From Podarcis melisellensis (taxonomy: Eukaryota): DNA of 64,000 nt. The DNA is taken from assembly GCA_964234715.1 (NCBI GenBank), contig OZ174275.1; one strand, written 5' to 3'. The translations under genes were made by a program, and so were the position numbers. The notes under the pieces were generated by a model. It had not been told where the DNA came from and made no database searches. It was given only the letters and a program-made list of their open reading frames with translations. Below are positions 38,989 through 50,645 of this stretch, one piece after another. Every line of letters begins with the position of its first letter. Within the stretch, counting starts at the first letter, position 1.

Positions 38989-40310
38989 TACTATGAACAT
39001 GGTAGTTGCTGACCCTTATTCAGTAGGATGGGAGTATTTTGCAGCTCAGCAGGATAGGTAATTGAACAAAAGGCTTGTAGTTCTTTGCTGCTGTTTCCAA
39101 TTCATCCCGGGGGAATGGTTTTCCTATTTATTAGCCATATAATAACCTATGCATGGGAAGCAGTTGCTGTAACTCTTTACACTATCTCTACACTGTAAGC
39201 CAGTGCTGCCTTGGTATACGGCTTTGTTTGTTTATTTGTGGTATTTGTATTCCATCCTGTTACATAAACCTCTGTAGATGGTTTACAATAAATCCGGGGG
39301 GAAAGAGAGTTGAAATACAAAGTAAAATATAAAACCATTTAAAAGGGTGGAGGAAACTCTTCTTAAATACAACAACAAAACTAGTTGCATTGAAGGAATT
39401 GTGAGGTGTCCAGGCACGGGGAAATTAGACTACCTGCTGCCATGTAGGCCTAATTATCCACAGGAAAAGAAATAGAAGTATACTAGTTTATTAGGTATTT
39501 TTGTGCTTTCATTTTTGGGTTTTTATCTTGTGGACCTGCCCTGTGATCTTTGGATGAAGGGTGGTATACAAATTTAATGACTAGTAATAATAATCTCAAA
39601 TACGTTTGTGTGAATCAAATGTCCTTGCTGGACTTTTGGGTATGACAACTGGAACCATCTGCACAACGGGCGAGTTTAACTGCCTACCTACCCATTGATG
39701 CTCCCTCTCACTGCCATGTTCTTTCCCCCCTCCTATCTGGGGTTCCTTAGCAAATGCTGGGGTCTTGAGGTTGCCCATCACCCGGACAGCACACTGAGCA
39801 GGCACACAGGTCACCTGATCACAATCTTCTTCACCATGATGAGATGTAATTTAAAAAGAAAGCAATTTTCTGAATTTGCATCTCCTTCCTTCCAAGACTT
39901 TGAAGCTAGAATCTTGGATGGCATGTTCCTGATTTGTTTTGTTTTATCACAAGAGAATGGGAGCCATTTGGGTTGCTGTAATCTCATGCAATTTTGCACC
40001 GCAGTTTCCTGTCCCCCCCCCCAAAAAAACACACACATTTTGGGCAGGCATGGCAGCCAAAAACAGGGTCCTGAAAAAAAGCGCTTTTTGGAGGGAAATT
40101 GCATTGCAAAATCGAGCGAGAGCATGGCCACTGTTCTCCAGCAATAAAAAACAATGTCCTATTTTTTCCAGGACACTTGTAGGGTATGGAATCTATGTAT
40201 GTAAATTAGCATGTGCAAGTTTTATTTAAATCTGTGACATCGTCTGTCTTTTTCGTTGGGTGGCTATCCTGCAGGCAGATAGCTAACTGAGGCGGACCTT
40301 CTCTTTCTAG

Positions 40311-40505
40311 GTATGGAGCTCCAGGGTGGAAGATTTGAAATCAGAGGCTCTCAAGATTCTGTTTTCAGAAGAGTATGCTGAAAAAGAGCACCTGAAGCTT
40401 TCAAATCAGAAAATGAACCTATTGCAACAGGAAGTGAACCGTTGTATGGAGGAGCGGAAAACCTTGTTGCAAGAAGCCAATGAATTCTTCATTGCAGCAG
40501 CGAAG
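40311..40505 (+). CDS. CCDC141: CCDC141 coding exon (approx. exon 7), 195 nt, phase 0-0
   Basis: ctttctag|GTA TGG...AAG|gttagt; VWSSRVEDLKSEALKILFSEEYAEKEHLKLSNQK...LQEANEFFIAAAK. Confidence 0.92.
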
Positions 40506-40734
40506 GTTAGTCAAAGGATTAACCAACCCACAACATGTGGTCCAGTTGCTTACACTATGCATATCGCACCACGTTTGTTTTCAGTTTGTCACAGTTCTGT
40601 TTCTAGTTTCAAAAAGAGAAACATTGCATTTATTTGTATGTATTTCTCTGTATGCAGAACATTTTGGGAGGGGCAGAGGAGTCCCTCCAAGGATTTTGCC
40701 TCCAGCAGTTTATATTCCAAGAAACAGGTGGGGC

Positions 40735-41525
40735 TGTTGTGCGTCAAGGCCCTGCACCCCCTCCCTCGAGGAATAAAAACACGTGGACACCAGTATTTAG
40801 GTTAATGGGCGAAAAAAGGTCACAACTTTTATTGGGTACAGAATGTGAATGGTATTGGCTTTAGGCACTGGACCCATTCCGACTATATCTGACTCCCGCT
40901 CACCATGCAGGAAGTCTCAAAAGGGTTAACCACCTTTAGCGGGAGCCCTGTTTATGTACATCAACTCGGAGCTCCCCCAGGGTCACCGGAAAGTTGTGCC
41001 ATGGCCCTAGCCACCGCCCAGGATTCAGACAGGATCCACGACCCCTGGGTTCCTTTAACGGAATACCCTTAAATTGGAGGGGTAGGTGATGGCCACAACC
41101 TCCCCTCCCATAAACCAAGTTTTCCCAATGCCTAACAGCCAAACCTTACAAAGTTGTGATGATTTGCTACGAGGTAGGCAAAAACCAAGTGGCTGGTGCC
41201 AATCTGCCAAGTGGAAAATTTCCTACCAGGCCGCTTCAACAGCCGACCAACCAAAGTCCATAGCAAGATCAAGGTGACTAACGCTAGAAGAAAGGGCAGG
41301 AGGGTGGGAGATCCGTAGTAGCAGGGAGCAGAAGGAATTACTCTCGGCTGCATGGCAGCTTAAATGCAGCTTAGCCACACACCCCAGCCAGCCGGATTGG
41401 CTGGCTGGGTTGTGACGCGTGCCGGGACTCCCTGATGACTAAACACGCCCCCCACTAAGGGCGGGAAGCGCAAGGCCCGTGCGCAACCCCTCCTCTCCCT
41501 GAAAAGGAGAGGCTTTAGTATACAC
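40735..41525 (-). mobile_element. Solo-LTR-like element, antisense to gene
   Basis: Colinear reverse-complement homology to 56047-57010; minus-strand AATAAA near 40830, CCAAT near 41396, ends in CA on minus strand. Confidence 0.55.
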
Positions 41526-41789
41526 TGTACTTGTTCTTAAAACTTTTTTTAAAATGTTTTGAGAGTTCTATTAAAATTGCAAAAATACCCCTCCAGAAAT
41601 ACTAGACCTTTTCTTGAACTTTGTGGTCTATGAGTCTGTACTGAGTTCCCGTTTGCTTATTTGTTTGCTTTCGTTATATCTTTTTGACCTGCTTCTCAAC
41701 CATGGTAGGCTCTTAATGAGGCTTACAATTTATCCGACATAAGAATGAGAGTATATTAGGTAAAAGTGGGACCTGCACCAAAATGATGC

Positions 41790-41925
41790 ATCCCATAGCT
41801 TAATCAATGGGGCATAAGGCTCTTAATCTCAGAGTGGTGGGTTCGAGGACCACACTGGGCAAAAGATTCCCGCGTTGGAGGGGGTTGGACTAGATGACCC
41901 TCAAGGTCCCTTCCATGATTCTGTT
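41790..41925 (+). mobile_element. tRNA-head SINE with CR1-like 3' tail; reverse fragment at approx. 50890-50940
   Basis: tagct.a.tc...ctcttaatctcag.gt.gtgggttcga head followed by ggggttggactagatgaccctcaaggtcccttcca. Confidence 0.7.
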
Positions 41926-42890
41926 TCTCACCTCCCCTATTCAGCATTCCATGGCCACGGAGCATGCTCAGTTTCCATTGGGCTGTTTTTTATTGACTGC
42001 CTTCATTTCTGCCAAACGATTGGCAATCTGGGGTTGTGTGTGTCACTTTCAACCAATCCTAAACATTTTGACACCACATCCAGCCATCTTCATATTTTGG
42101 ATAGGTTTTACCATGCCAGGGAATAAAACTCATGATCATTCCTTCTTTCCCTGCAATTTGTAACGATCAAGGAATTTGGGGATTGTATTCCTCTGATGAG
42201 GAAATAGTCTTGGTGGATACAAACTTCACTACAGGCAAAGAAGGCACCTGGAATAGGATTCCTTCTGAATATCTTAATGCCTGAAGAGGCTTGTCCCAAA
42301 CAACTGTTTTCTAACTTGAATAGAAGAAAACTAGATAACAGAAGTTGCATGAGACAAGGGGGTGGATTTGGAGGCATTCAGAGATTATAAAAGACTCAGT
42401 GATGTTGACTGGCAGGTTTATTTTCTGTAAACACACAGTAACTCAAAAAATAATAATTTACTGTATGTCACATATTGTGTGTGTGTGTGTGCGCGCACAA
42501 ATAACCTTACTGTAAAAAAGATTTCATACTCTGTTTACAATAGCAATTGACAGCACCAAAGAGTGAATAATACCCAGGGTGAGAGCAGCATTCATCATTT
42601 CATTTAGATAATCTGGCTTTATGAGAAGACTAGCTGATTTCTGTCAGAAGAGTGACTGGGCAGTTTAGTGCAGGTTGCTCTCTAAGTATTTATTTAGTAA
42701 TGTTACCTGCTAGAGAAGGAGAAACCTTTGTATGCTAATGTGAATGTGCTTAACTATTAGTTCTGGCTCTTTTGCCGTCTTTTATGTTATGAACCAATGT
42801 GTTAAAATTAATCAACAACAGGACTGCCATTTTCTTCCTTTTAAAAACAATGCCCTCTGAAACAGATCTGTTTCTCTGTATGTTTTTCAA

Positions 42891-42956
42891 TTCTTCTTCT
42901 TCTTCTTCTTCTTCTTCTTCTTCTTCTTCTTCTTCTTCTTCTTCTTCTTCTTCTTG
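42891..42956 (+). repeat. (TTC)n microsatellite, about 22 units
   Basis: Direct reading. Confidence 0.95.
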
Positions 42957-43421
42957 CAGTGCTTATGAAGGGAAAACTCTCAGTTTACATTTCTATCAGC
43001 ATTGCTGCGGAGGAGTAAAAAGAAGGGGGGGGTTAACTAAGCAGCTGTCTTGACAGGCCAGTGTACCACTGAGCTTGGCATTTCTAGCCCATGTGGGGTT
43101 TCAGGCAAGACTCTTTCCCATCCTCTGCATGCAGAGTATAGACTCTATCACTGACTTATGGCTCTCATCTCATACAGTAATAATCTCCCAGGTAGAGGAA
43201 CAGTGACAGTGGAGCTCCCCTCCCCCTCTGTAAAAGATCACTGCTATATTGAAGCAGTCCAATGGCCAGCTTTTTCAATGGTCCTGCTAATCCAATGAGT
43301 GGTAGGAGCTAGTGTCTGTATTCAGTGCCGGAGCCCTCTCTTGCCTTTGAGGTCAATAATCCAATAGCGCATCTCAAAAGGAGAGATATCTCACAGCACT
43401 GCTGAATTGTCTGGTGGGACA

Positions 43422-43850
43422 CAGCGGCGTCTTGCCCATAGAGGCAAGTGGTGTGGCACGCCAGGGTGCCAAGTTCTGGAGGGTGCCAGGGAAGAGGCGG
43501 AAGCTGGGCGTGGCGCCTCCTGGCATCAGCTCGCTGCCCTTGGCTGCCTCTGCCATGCCGCTCCGACGCAGCACCGTGGCCACCGCGGTACGGGCGCCAG
43601 GGATAAGGCTGAGGCTGGGAACAGCACCTCCCGGCATCAGCTTGCCGCCCTTACCCGCCTCACTGAACCAGTGCCGCGCCTGGAGCCTCTGCCTCTTCCC
43701 CACCGGAGGAGCTGCCCTCCAGCCGCTGCCCGCCTCCTCCAGCCCCGCAAAGCTGCCGGCAGCTCCGTAAAAATGTTGGCAGTTCTGGGGAAGGGGGGGC
43801 TCTGGAGGGATCTTTGCACCACGGGGCCAGATATACTTAAGATGGCCCTG
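43422..43850. mobile_element. GC-rich hAT-type non-autonomous element with internal repeats
   Basis: Imperfect TIR cag.g.c.tctt; perfect 8-bp TSD gtgggaca (43414-43421, 43851-43858); duplicated gccaggga...ggcatcagct unit. Confidence 0.8.
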
Positions 43851-44386
43851 GTGGGACACTAAACAACCTGCTGTGTCACTTCTCACCCATTAAAAGGAGA
43901 GCGCTATGACATTATTACGTTGAAGAGCAGTACAGGCGTTTCCCCGCCTATGTGAGGTTTACGTTCCTGGTTACCACGTGTATATGTGAAATCACCTATA
44001 GTAGGCAACACCATCTAAAAAGCCTGTAAACAACATCTAAACCTCTGGGAACCCTTAAAAAACCAGCAGCACTTGCCAGAAGCCCCCCCCTTTTGAAGCA
44101 AGCTTCCTAGTGCGTGGCCACATTAATCAACTGCAGCAGGCTGAAAAGGCCATGTTACCGAGTATCGTATTATGCTGAGTTGGCACCATCTATGAACTGT
44201 AGCAATATAGGAAGGGGCAATCCTGACAGCCAGAGTGGTTATCACAGCTGTCATGGAAAAACTCAACTTCAGAAGGCTACAGTCTTCAAACTTCCTACTA
44301 TATACAATGTTAAGAGTAGTGGCTTTAGAGCAGGTCATCTGTGACCAGTCTTACAACCCGACCCTATCCGTCTTTGCAAGGAAGTA

Positions 44387-44612
44387 CAGTGGTACCCCAG
44401 GTTACATACGCTTCAGGTTACAGACTCTGCTAACCCAGGAATAATACCTTGGGTTAAGAACTTTGCTTCAGGATGAGAACAGAAATCATGCAGCAGTGGC
44501 GCGGCAGCAGCAGGAGGCCCCATTAGCGAAAGTGGTGCTTCAGGTTAAGATCAGTTTCAGGTTAAGAACGGACCTCCGGAAGGAATTAAGTACTTAACTT
44601 GAGGTACCACTG
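44387..44612. mobile_element. Tc1/mariner MITE copy 7
   Basis: TIRs and TA TSD. Confidence 0.88.
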
Positions 44613-45235
44613 TAATTTCTACTGAGTTCAATGTTGTCTTTTCTGCTGAAGACCTTCCTCTTCCAGCAAGCCATTTCAGGTAGAGATCTTTCCCTGTCTG
44701 CATCCAGTACCTTTCGAAGAACAAACTTCATTACTAGTATGGTTTATGTCATGAAGTCCAGAGAATGGTATCCAAGTAAACAGCTCTACTAGCCCAACAT
44801 AAGCATTTTTGGCTCTGCCAATGGGATTTCCACTCCCTCTCCTCTTGTCATGTGCTGCCTAAATCTGCTCTGGAAGGTTGAGGAGAAACTCACAACAGAT
44901 TTTTTTTTGGGGGGAGTGCAGAGGGGGAGGGGAAGTTTCATTGTCCAGCCTGCACTATGGGACCTATATAGTTGTATACCGCCTAGAGTTCTTACCCAAA
45001 GGTTCCTGAGTTTTTCAAAACTGACTGGTAATTTTATTGTTGTGAGTGGCTTGAAGTCACTTTTGTTTAAAAAAGGCTAATATAATACTCACCATCACCT
45101 ACAATTCTAGGGTTTGAGAAGGGAAATTACATAAACTGGCTCACCCTCCACTGCTGCTGTCTTCTCTCGAAGTGATAATCCTGTCATTATATCCCCCACC
45201 CCATCCATTTTTCTTCTTCAGACATCATTCTCTTG

Positions 45236-45516
45236 TTACAGATAGGTAGCCGTGTTGGTCTGCCATAGTCAAAACAAAAAAAATTCCTTCCAGTAGCACC
45301 TTAAAGACCAACTAAGTCAGTTCTTGGTATGAGCTTTCGTGTGCATGCACACTTCTTGCACATGCTAATTTACATACATAGATTCCATACCCTACAAGTG
45401 TCCTGGAAAAAATAGGACATTGTATCTGAAGAAGTGTGCATGCACACGAAAGCTCATACCAAGAACTGACTTAGTTGGTCTTTAAGGTGCTACTGGAAGG
45501 AATTTTTTTTGTTTTG
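45236..45516. mobile_element. Penelope-like inverted-arm insertion with captured 69-bp local sequence
   Basis: Antisense arm 45236-45357, filler 45355-45423, sense arm to 45516; 12-bp TSD atcattctcttg (45224-45235, 45517-45528). Confidence 0.85.
45423..45458 (+). ncRNA. Minimal type I hammerhead ribozyme motif
   Basis: Identical 36-mer to 8008-8043. Confidence 0.72.
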
Positions 45517-46688
45517 ATCATTCTCTTGGTCATTTTTGAAAGTCAAACAAGCATCCATTTTTATTTTATTTTTTTGCTGTAAAAAGGACTGAAGATACTT
45601 TCCCCCACATTCTCACTTCATCATCTTTTTGGTAATACAGCAATTCAGACATTTCCCTCATAACTGAAGGCAGAGATACTCAGAAAAAGAAAAATGTGCA
45701 CCGGGAAGCCGAGAAGCCGATAATTTGGTTTCTGACATTTAACTAAAGAGCATTTTTAAACTGAAGGCCCCAGTCCAGTTGCCATTACTCTCAGCAGCAA
45801 GTTGCTTTACAGGTTTCTGCTGTACATGAGACTCTTGCCATGTAACAAGATATCTGTGCTCTCAGCTTTAGCAGCACTAGTTCACCAGGGAGGAGAGAAT
45901 CTGGATTCAATGTTCCCTTTCATAAATAAATGGTTGGCGTTGTAAGAACTGACAGTGCTGTCTATCTTGTCTGGTGCTGCCCCTGTAGCCTCATGGACAT
46001 ATGGATGTGCTCAATACTGACTGTGCATTGGCCCATCAGGCTCAGTATATTCGGACTGCCAATGGTCTCCACCACATTTGAGAGACCTTCCCTGCCCTCT
46101 ACCTGAGGTTCTTTTATGGAAAACACCAGAAATTGAGCCTAGAACTTTATGAACGTAAAGCAAGTGCCCAGCCACTGACCTATGACTCCTTCAGTTCCCT
46201 GTCTGCTAAGGAGAGCAGTGTGCACAGCTGAAGGTGCTTCATATAAGGACTTGATCAGGAGCAGAGCCTCCTTTGTGCATGCAGATTTGGTAGGAGCCAG
46301 CATATGGGAACTTGTTCCAAAACTATGGAACAACATGGTGTCATGCCTTCAGGGTAGTGGGCCCAACTCTATGGAACTCAATCACAGTAGAAATCAAGCA
46401 AGCCTCAATCATCCCTGCTGAATTTCAGAAGCCTGGTTAAAACTATTTTATTCCAGAAGGACTTTGCACCATGAATCTGCTCTGACATTTCAATCTCTGG
46501 TGCTTAATTTGTGTTTTAAATTTTGGATGTGTTTTGTAAGCCACCTTGGGATTCAGATGGTAAAAAGCGGGGTATAAATTCTTAAAACAAAATGGTTTCT
46601 ATGCTGAGTTGAAGAAAAACTGTTTTGTAATATGTTTTATTTAAAAGGCCCGTCTTTTACTTTTCAAAAACTGTATTTGTTTTGATAG

Positions 46689-46861
46689 GCGTGTGACGTA
46701 CTTAGAAATGTAGAGGCCTCCCTTAAGCTTCTTAACTCTGAAGGAATAAGCTTGCCTCTCTTGGCAATAAAACATGAGGAACTGAAGAAAGAGATTACAG
46801 AAGGATCAGCTGATGCCTTGAAGAAGGGACAAACCTTGCTTAGCAAAGGAGATGCCCACAG
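46689..46861 (+). CDS. CCDC141: CCDC141 coding exon (approx. exon 8), 173 nt, phase 0-2
   Basis: ttgatag|GCG...CAC AG|gtaagt; [57 protein letters not shown]. Confidence 0.92.
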
Positions 46862-47242
46862 GTAAGTTAAGGATGTAAGTGAAGAATCCCATACACATTT
46901 AGGAGTTGCCTCATAGGTATCAATTATTGCTGGGAAATTACATGGTCCTAAGCAGGTCAGAATACTCCTTTTCCACATGAGCACTGATCAAGGGGAACGT
47001 GGGGAGTTTTTAGGCAGAAATAAGGCAAATCCTGAAAATGAGGAAATGCAACCCTGGCTTTTATGAGCTTGACCATTCATTAGGATTGAATCCAGGGTGA
47101 TTCTCAGTGGATGAATTCTCTTCCTCACATTCTGGAAAGCATTCCTCACAGCCCCTTTCCCCCAAATTCACTGAGGCAAGGGGAAGTGATGGGGAAGAAA
47201 TACAAGTTGTTTCATATGCTGCAATTTCCCGCCAATGGTAAT

Positions 47243-47720
47243 TATTATTATTATTATTTTATACCCCACCCTTCTGGCTGGGTTTCCTCAGCCACTCTGA
47301 CCGGCTTCCAAGAAAATATTAAAATACAATAGTCCGTCAAACATTAAAAGCTTACCTAAACAGAGCTGCCTTCAGATGTCTTCTAAAAGTCTGGTAGTGG
47401 TTTTTCTTTGACATCTGATGGGAGGGCGTGCCACAGGGCAGGCGCCACCACCGAGAAGGCCCTCTGCTTGGTTCCCTGTAACTTCGCTTCTCGCAGTGAG
47501 GGAACCGCCAGAAGGCCCTTGGCGCTGGACCTCAGTGTCCAGGCTGAATGATGGGGGTGGAAATGCTCCTTCAGGTATACTGGGCCGAGGCCATTTAGGT
47601 CAGCACCAACACTTTGAATTGTGCTCGAAAACGTACTAGAAGCCAATGTAGGTCTTTCAAGACTGGTGTTATGTGGTCTTGGTGGCCGCGCCCAGTCACC
47701 AGTCTAGCAGCCGTATTCTG
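47243..47720 (-). mobile_element. L2-clade LINE 3' fragment
   Basis: LNGLGPVYLKE...TLRSS...LLAVPSLREAKLQGTKQRAFSVVAPALWHALPSDVKE, (TAA)n tail. Confidence 0.88.
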
Positions 47721-48004
47721 TCTTTTTATTCAGGGTCACATTTTGATAGGTTTACTTAATTGACGTAAATTTGTTCATATTTGTTTCCTCACAAGTTCTG
47801 GAGAGGAACTCATTTGAGGAAGGGAAAGTGTTAGAACAAAATCCACAAATGTACATGTCCTAGTTTCTCTGTTTTGCTGCAAATTAACATTATTGTTGGT
47901 TTTCCAAAGGCTAGCTGTGCAAAAGATCAGAATTGTTTTAATCTGCCTCCTATAATCCTACCTACCAGCAAAAATGCTAACTGTCATTTTGTTTCTGCCT
48001 TCAG

Positions 48005-48146
48005 TTCTTGGATGACTGGTGTTCAGGAAATGGTAAACTGCATTAACAAAAGAGTAGATGGGCTGCTCAAACAGTGTACTGCTTACAAGGAACTTGCCTC
48101 AGAAAAACAGCACTTAACCACCTCCTTAGACAATTATCTCAAGAAG
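48005..48146 (+). CDS. CCDC141: CCDC141 coding exon (approx. exon 9), 142 nt, phase 2-0
   Basis: cctttcag|T TCT...AAG|gtatat; (S)SWMTGVQEMVNCINKRVDGLLKQCTAYKELASEKQHLTTSLDNYLKK; phase complements previous exon. Confidence 0.92.
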
Positions 48147-48242
48147 GTATATGAAAACATGCAACCCATTCTGATAAATATAACTGAATGATAAACAGGA
48201 ATTGAAGTCCAATTTTATTGGACAGTGTGATTTTTCAGTGAG

Positions 48243-48440
48243 ATCCACTATATATTTTTGAAAGTTGTATATCTGCTTGGATGCCTCTTAAGGTACTGTA
48301 GCCAAATTTTGTATGAAGGTTCCTGGGATCAAGGTTCAGGTTTTCACCTATGTTTGGATACAATTGGACACCATGTTGAATCAAGATGGTGGACTCCAGC
48401 TTTAAAAAACTGCATTGATTTTAACCATTGATTTCAAAAC
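48243..48440 (-). repeat. Unclassified old interspersed repeat; inverted second copy at approx. 61458-61660
   Basis: ctgcattgattttaacca.tgatttcaaa and ttgaatcaagatggt are reverse complements of segments in 61458-61520. Confidence 0.65.
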
Positions 48441-48650
48441 TGCACCAGTTTTTTGGTTTATAAGAATTCCTGAGGAATGCTACGTGCCGGGCTCCTAGTA
48501 TATATACAAAACAGATTTAAATGCACAGTATACCTAAATATGTCACAAGATCTCACAAATTCCTGCAGGCAAACGTGCTTCCCTCCAGATTTCTATCAGG
48601 TATTGCTCTCTTTCTCTCACTTCAGTCCAGGAAATGTCTGTGCTCTCATT

Positions 48651-48776
48651 TATTTATTCTTTTAATTGGATTTTGTTTATATTCAGCTTTTTCGGATCAC
48701 AAGCTTCTATATATATATAGTGGCCTGTGAGCCGAAAAAGCAGAATATGAACAAAATTCAATTAAAAGAATAAATA
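48651..48776. repeat. About 126-bp imperfect palindrome centred on (TA)n
   Basis: tatttattcttttaattg.attttgtt.atattc.gctttttcgg.tcaca arm and its reverse complement. Confidence 0.9.
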
Positions 48777-49032
48777 TATATAATATTCCACTTTAAACAC
48801 TGAAACCACAAAGGAAATTGATCCATGAGGAAAGATATTCAGAGTAGAGAAAGAAAAAAGAGGAGAATAGGTTGAAACATGATAATAAAAAAGAACACAG
48901 AAACAAGTAATTAAACATGGAGAATGCATTCAAAGCACATTTCACCACTCAAGGAATTCTGGGCACTGTAGTTTAAGGGTTGCTGGGAATTGTATCTCTG
49001 TGAGAGGTAAAATACAGCGCCCAGAATTCTTG

Positions 49033-49277
49033 GTGTGGTGTAGTGGTTAAGAGTGGTAGGCTCGTAATCTGGTGAACCAGGTTCGCGTCTCCGCTCCTCC
49101 ACATGCAGCTGCTGGGTGACCTTGGGCTAGTCACACTTCTCTGAAGTCTCTCAGCCCCACTCACCTCACAGAGTGTTTGTTGTGGGGGAGGAAGGGAAAG
49201 GAGAATGTTAGCCGCTTTGAGACTCCTTCGGGTAGTGATAAAGCGGGGTATCAAATCCAAACTCCTCTTCTTCTTCT
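49033..49277 (+). mobile_element. CORE-type SINE with (CTT)n tail, nested in a MITE
   Basis: Near-identical to 25881-26136. Confidence 0.85.
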
Positions 49278-50525
49278 TTTTTGAGGGAATGAATGGGCTT
49301 CATTTGTGCTTTAAAGGTAGGGTGTATAAGTGGTCTGAGTCTCTCTCAGGTCTAGTTGGTCTTCCATGTCCAACCTTGTTGGGTGGGGAGAGAACAGCTG
49401 CACTGAACACAGAGCCTGTTTCCCTTTCAAAGTGTCCCATCAGCTTCTATTGCCCTGCCAGGACTTCACTCTCACTGTTATTGTAGAAACATCCTGAAGC
49501 CCTTCATTGAAAACAATTGTTTTATACCGAATTAATTATGCAGATTGTGTTTCATTTATGCAGAGTACCACCTAATACCTGTCTTACAAGTGGGGAAAAA
49601 ATTGCTTTTGATCATTGTTGTAAAAAAAAAAAAAAGACATTCACAAAATTGGGGAATGCTTTCTGAAATTTGAGATATAATGAATGCTTCTTGCTTCTAT
49701 GGGGAATGTGACTACCCTTTATAACCTTAATAGGTGTTTTCTAGTACAGTTCTCTACTAGCATAGAGCCCTATGAAATATTTGCTGCATGCTAAAATAAA
49801 CCCTGGCATTCGGTAGACACAGCTTAATCCAATTTAGATGCTTCTAAAAGTGTGCAACAGGAATGAATCCTCATAATGGCTATATATACAATATAATTCT
49901 ATATGCTAAGCCATCATGGCTATTTTTTCCATTCATGCTGTCACAAATGTAAATTTATGTGCATGATGCGCAATTACGTCCACAAGCCATAAGGCCAAAG
50001 ACTCAAAAATGTACTCAGTTTAAAAATGAAGAGAGTGTTCTTATGAAGGGAAGAGAGGTTTGTGAAATTAGTTATCCAGGCTACTTTTTACTACTTGGCT
50101 AATGAAACAGTAACTAATATGTGTTTGAATCGTAATGCTGGAAATGTAGTTAGAGGTTAGGCATTTCAGCATATATGTCTTTGTAGTCTTAATCGTGCAT
50201 ATGCAAAATCTCTGTCCCACAAAAAGGAACAGTTGAACATGCCTTCATTTTTAACTATATGGTGTCATTTTTACTAACTCAAATATATGTGGTGACACAT
50301 GGCATACTCTTTCAAAGAACTGTGCCATGTTACAACGCATGTGGGAGAATCACTTATCTGAAAGCACTCCCCTATCAAAACTTCTCTACCTGTGGAATGC
50401 TTATACCTACATCACAGTGAAGACTTCTAGCCCTTAATTATGCCACTATGTCCAAAACAAGCCTTGGTGGCATGCAAATTAGTAGTTCAATGTTTTTAAC
50501 TGGTTCTTTTTATTCAAAACCAAAG

Positions 50526-50645
50526 GCCTCTACAAAGATTAAGAACGTTGGTCCAATAGTCTCAGCTGCAATAAATCCTGGATCATCTGTCCCTGAATCA
50601 GAGAAAGTCCTGAACAAATACTTAGAGCTGGCAAATCAAACTAAG
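50526..50645 (+). CDS. CCDC141: CCDC141 coding exon (approx. exon 10), 120 nt, phase 0-0
   Basis: caaag|GCC...AAG|gtaaaa; ASTKIKNVGPIVSAAINPGSSVPESEKVLNKYLELANQTK; weak AAG acceptor. Confidence 0.87.

Noticed and set aside
43374-43886. Overlapping 118-170 aa ORFs on both strands and CpG-island-like composition
   Set aside because: They coincide with a GC-rich hAT element bounded by an 8-bp TSD; stop-poor by composition.
45236-45516. CRISPR-like repeat-spacer-repeat interpretation of the Penelope hairpin
   Set aside because: The repeats are inverted, there is a single filler, TSDs flank the unit and no cas genes are present; it is a retroelement integration product.
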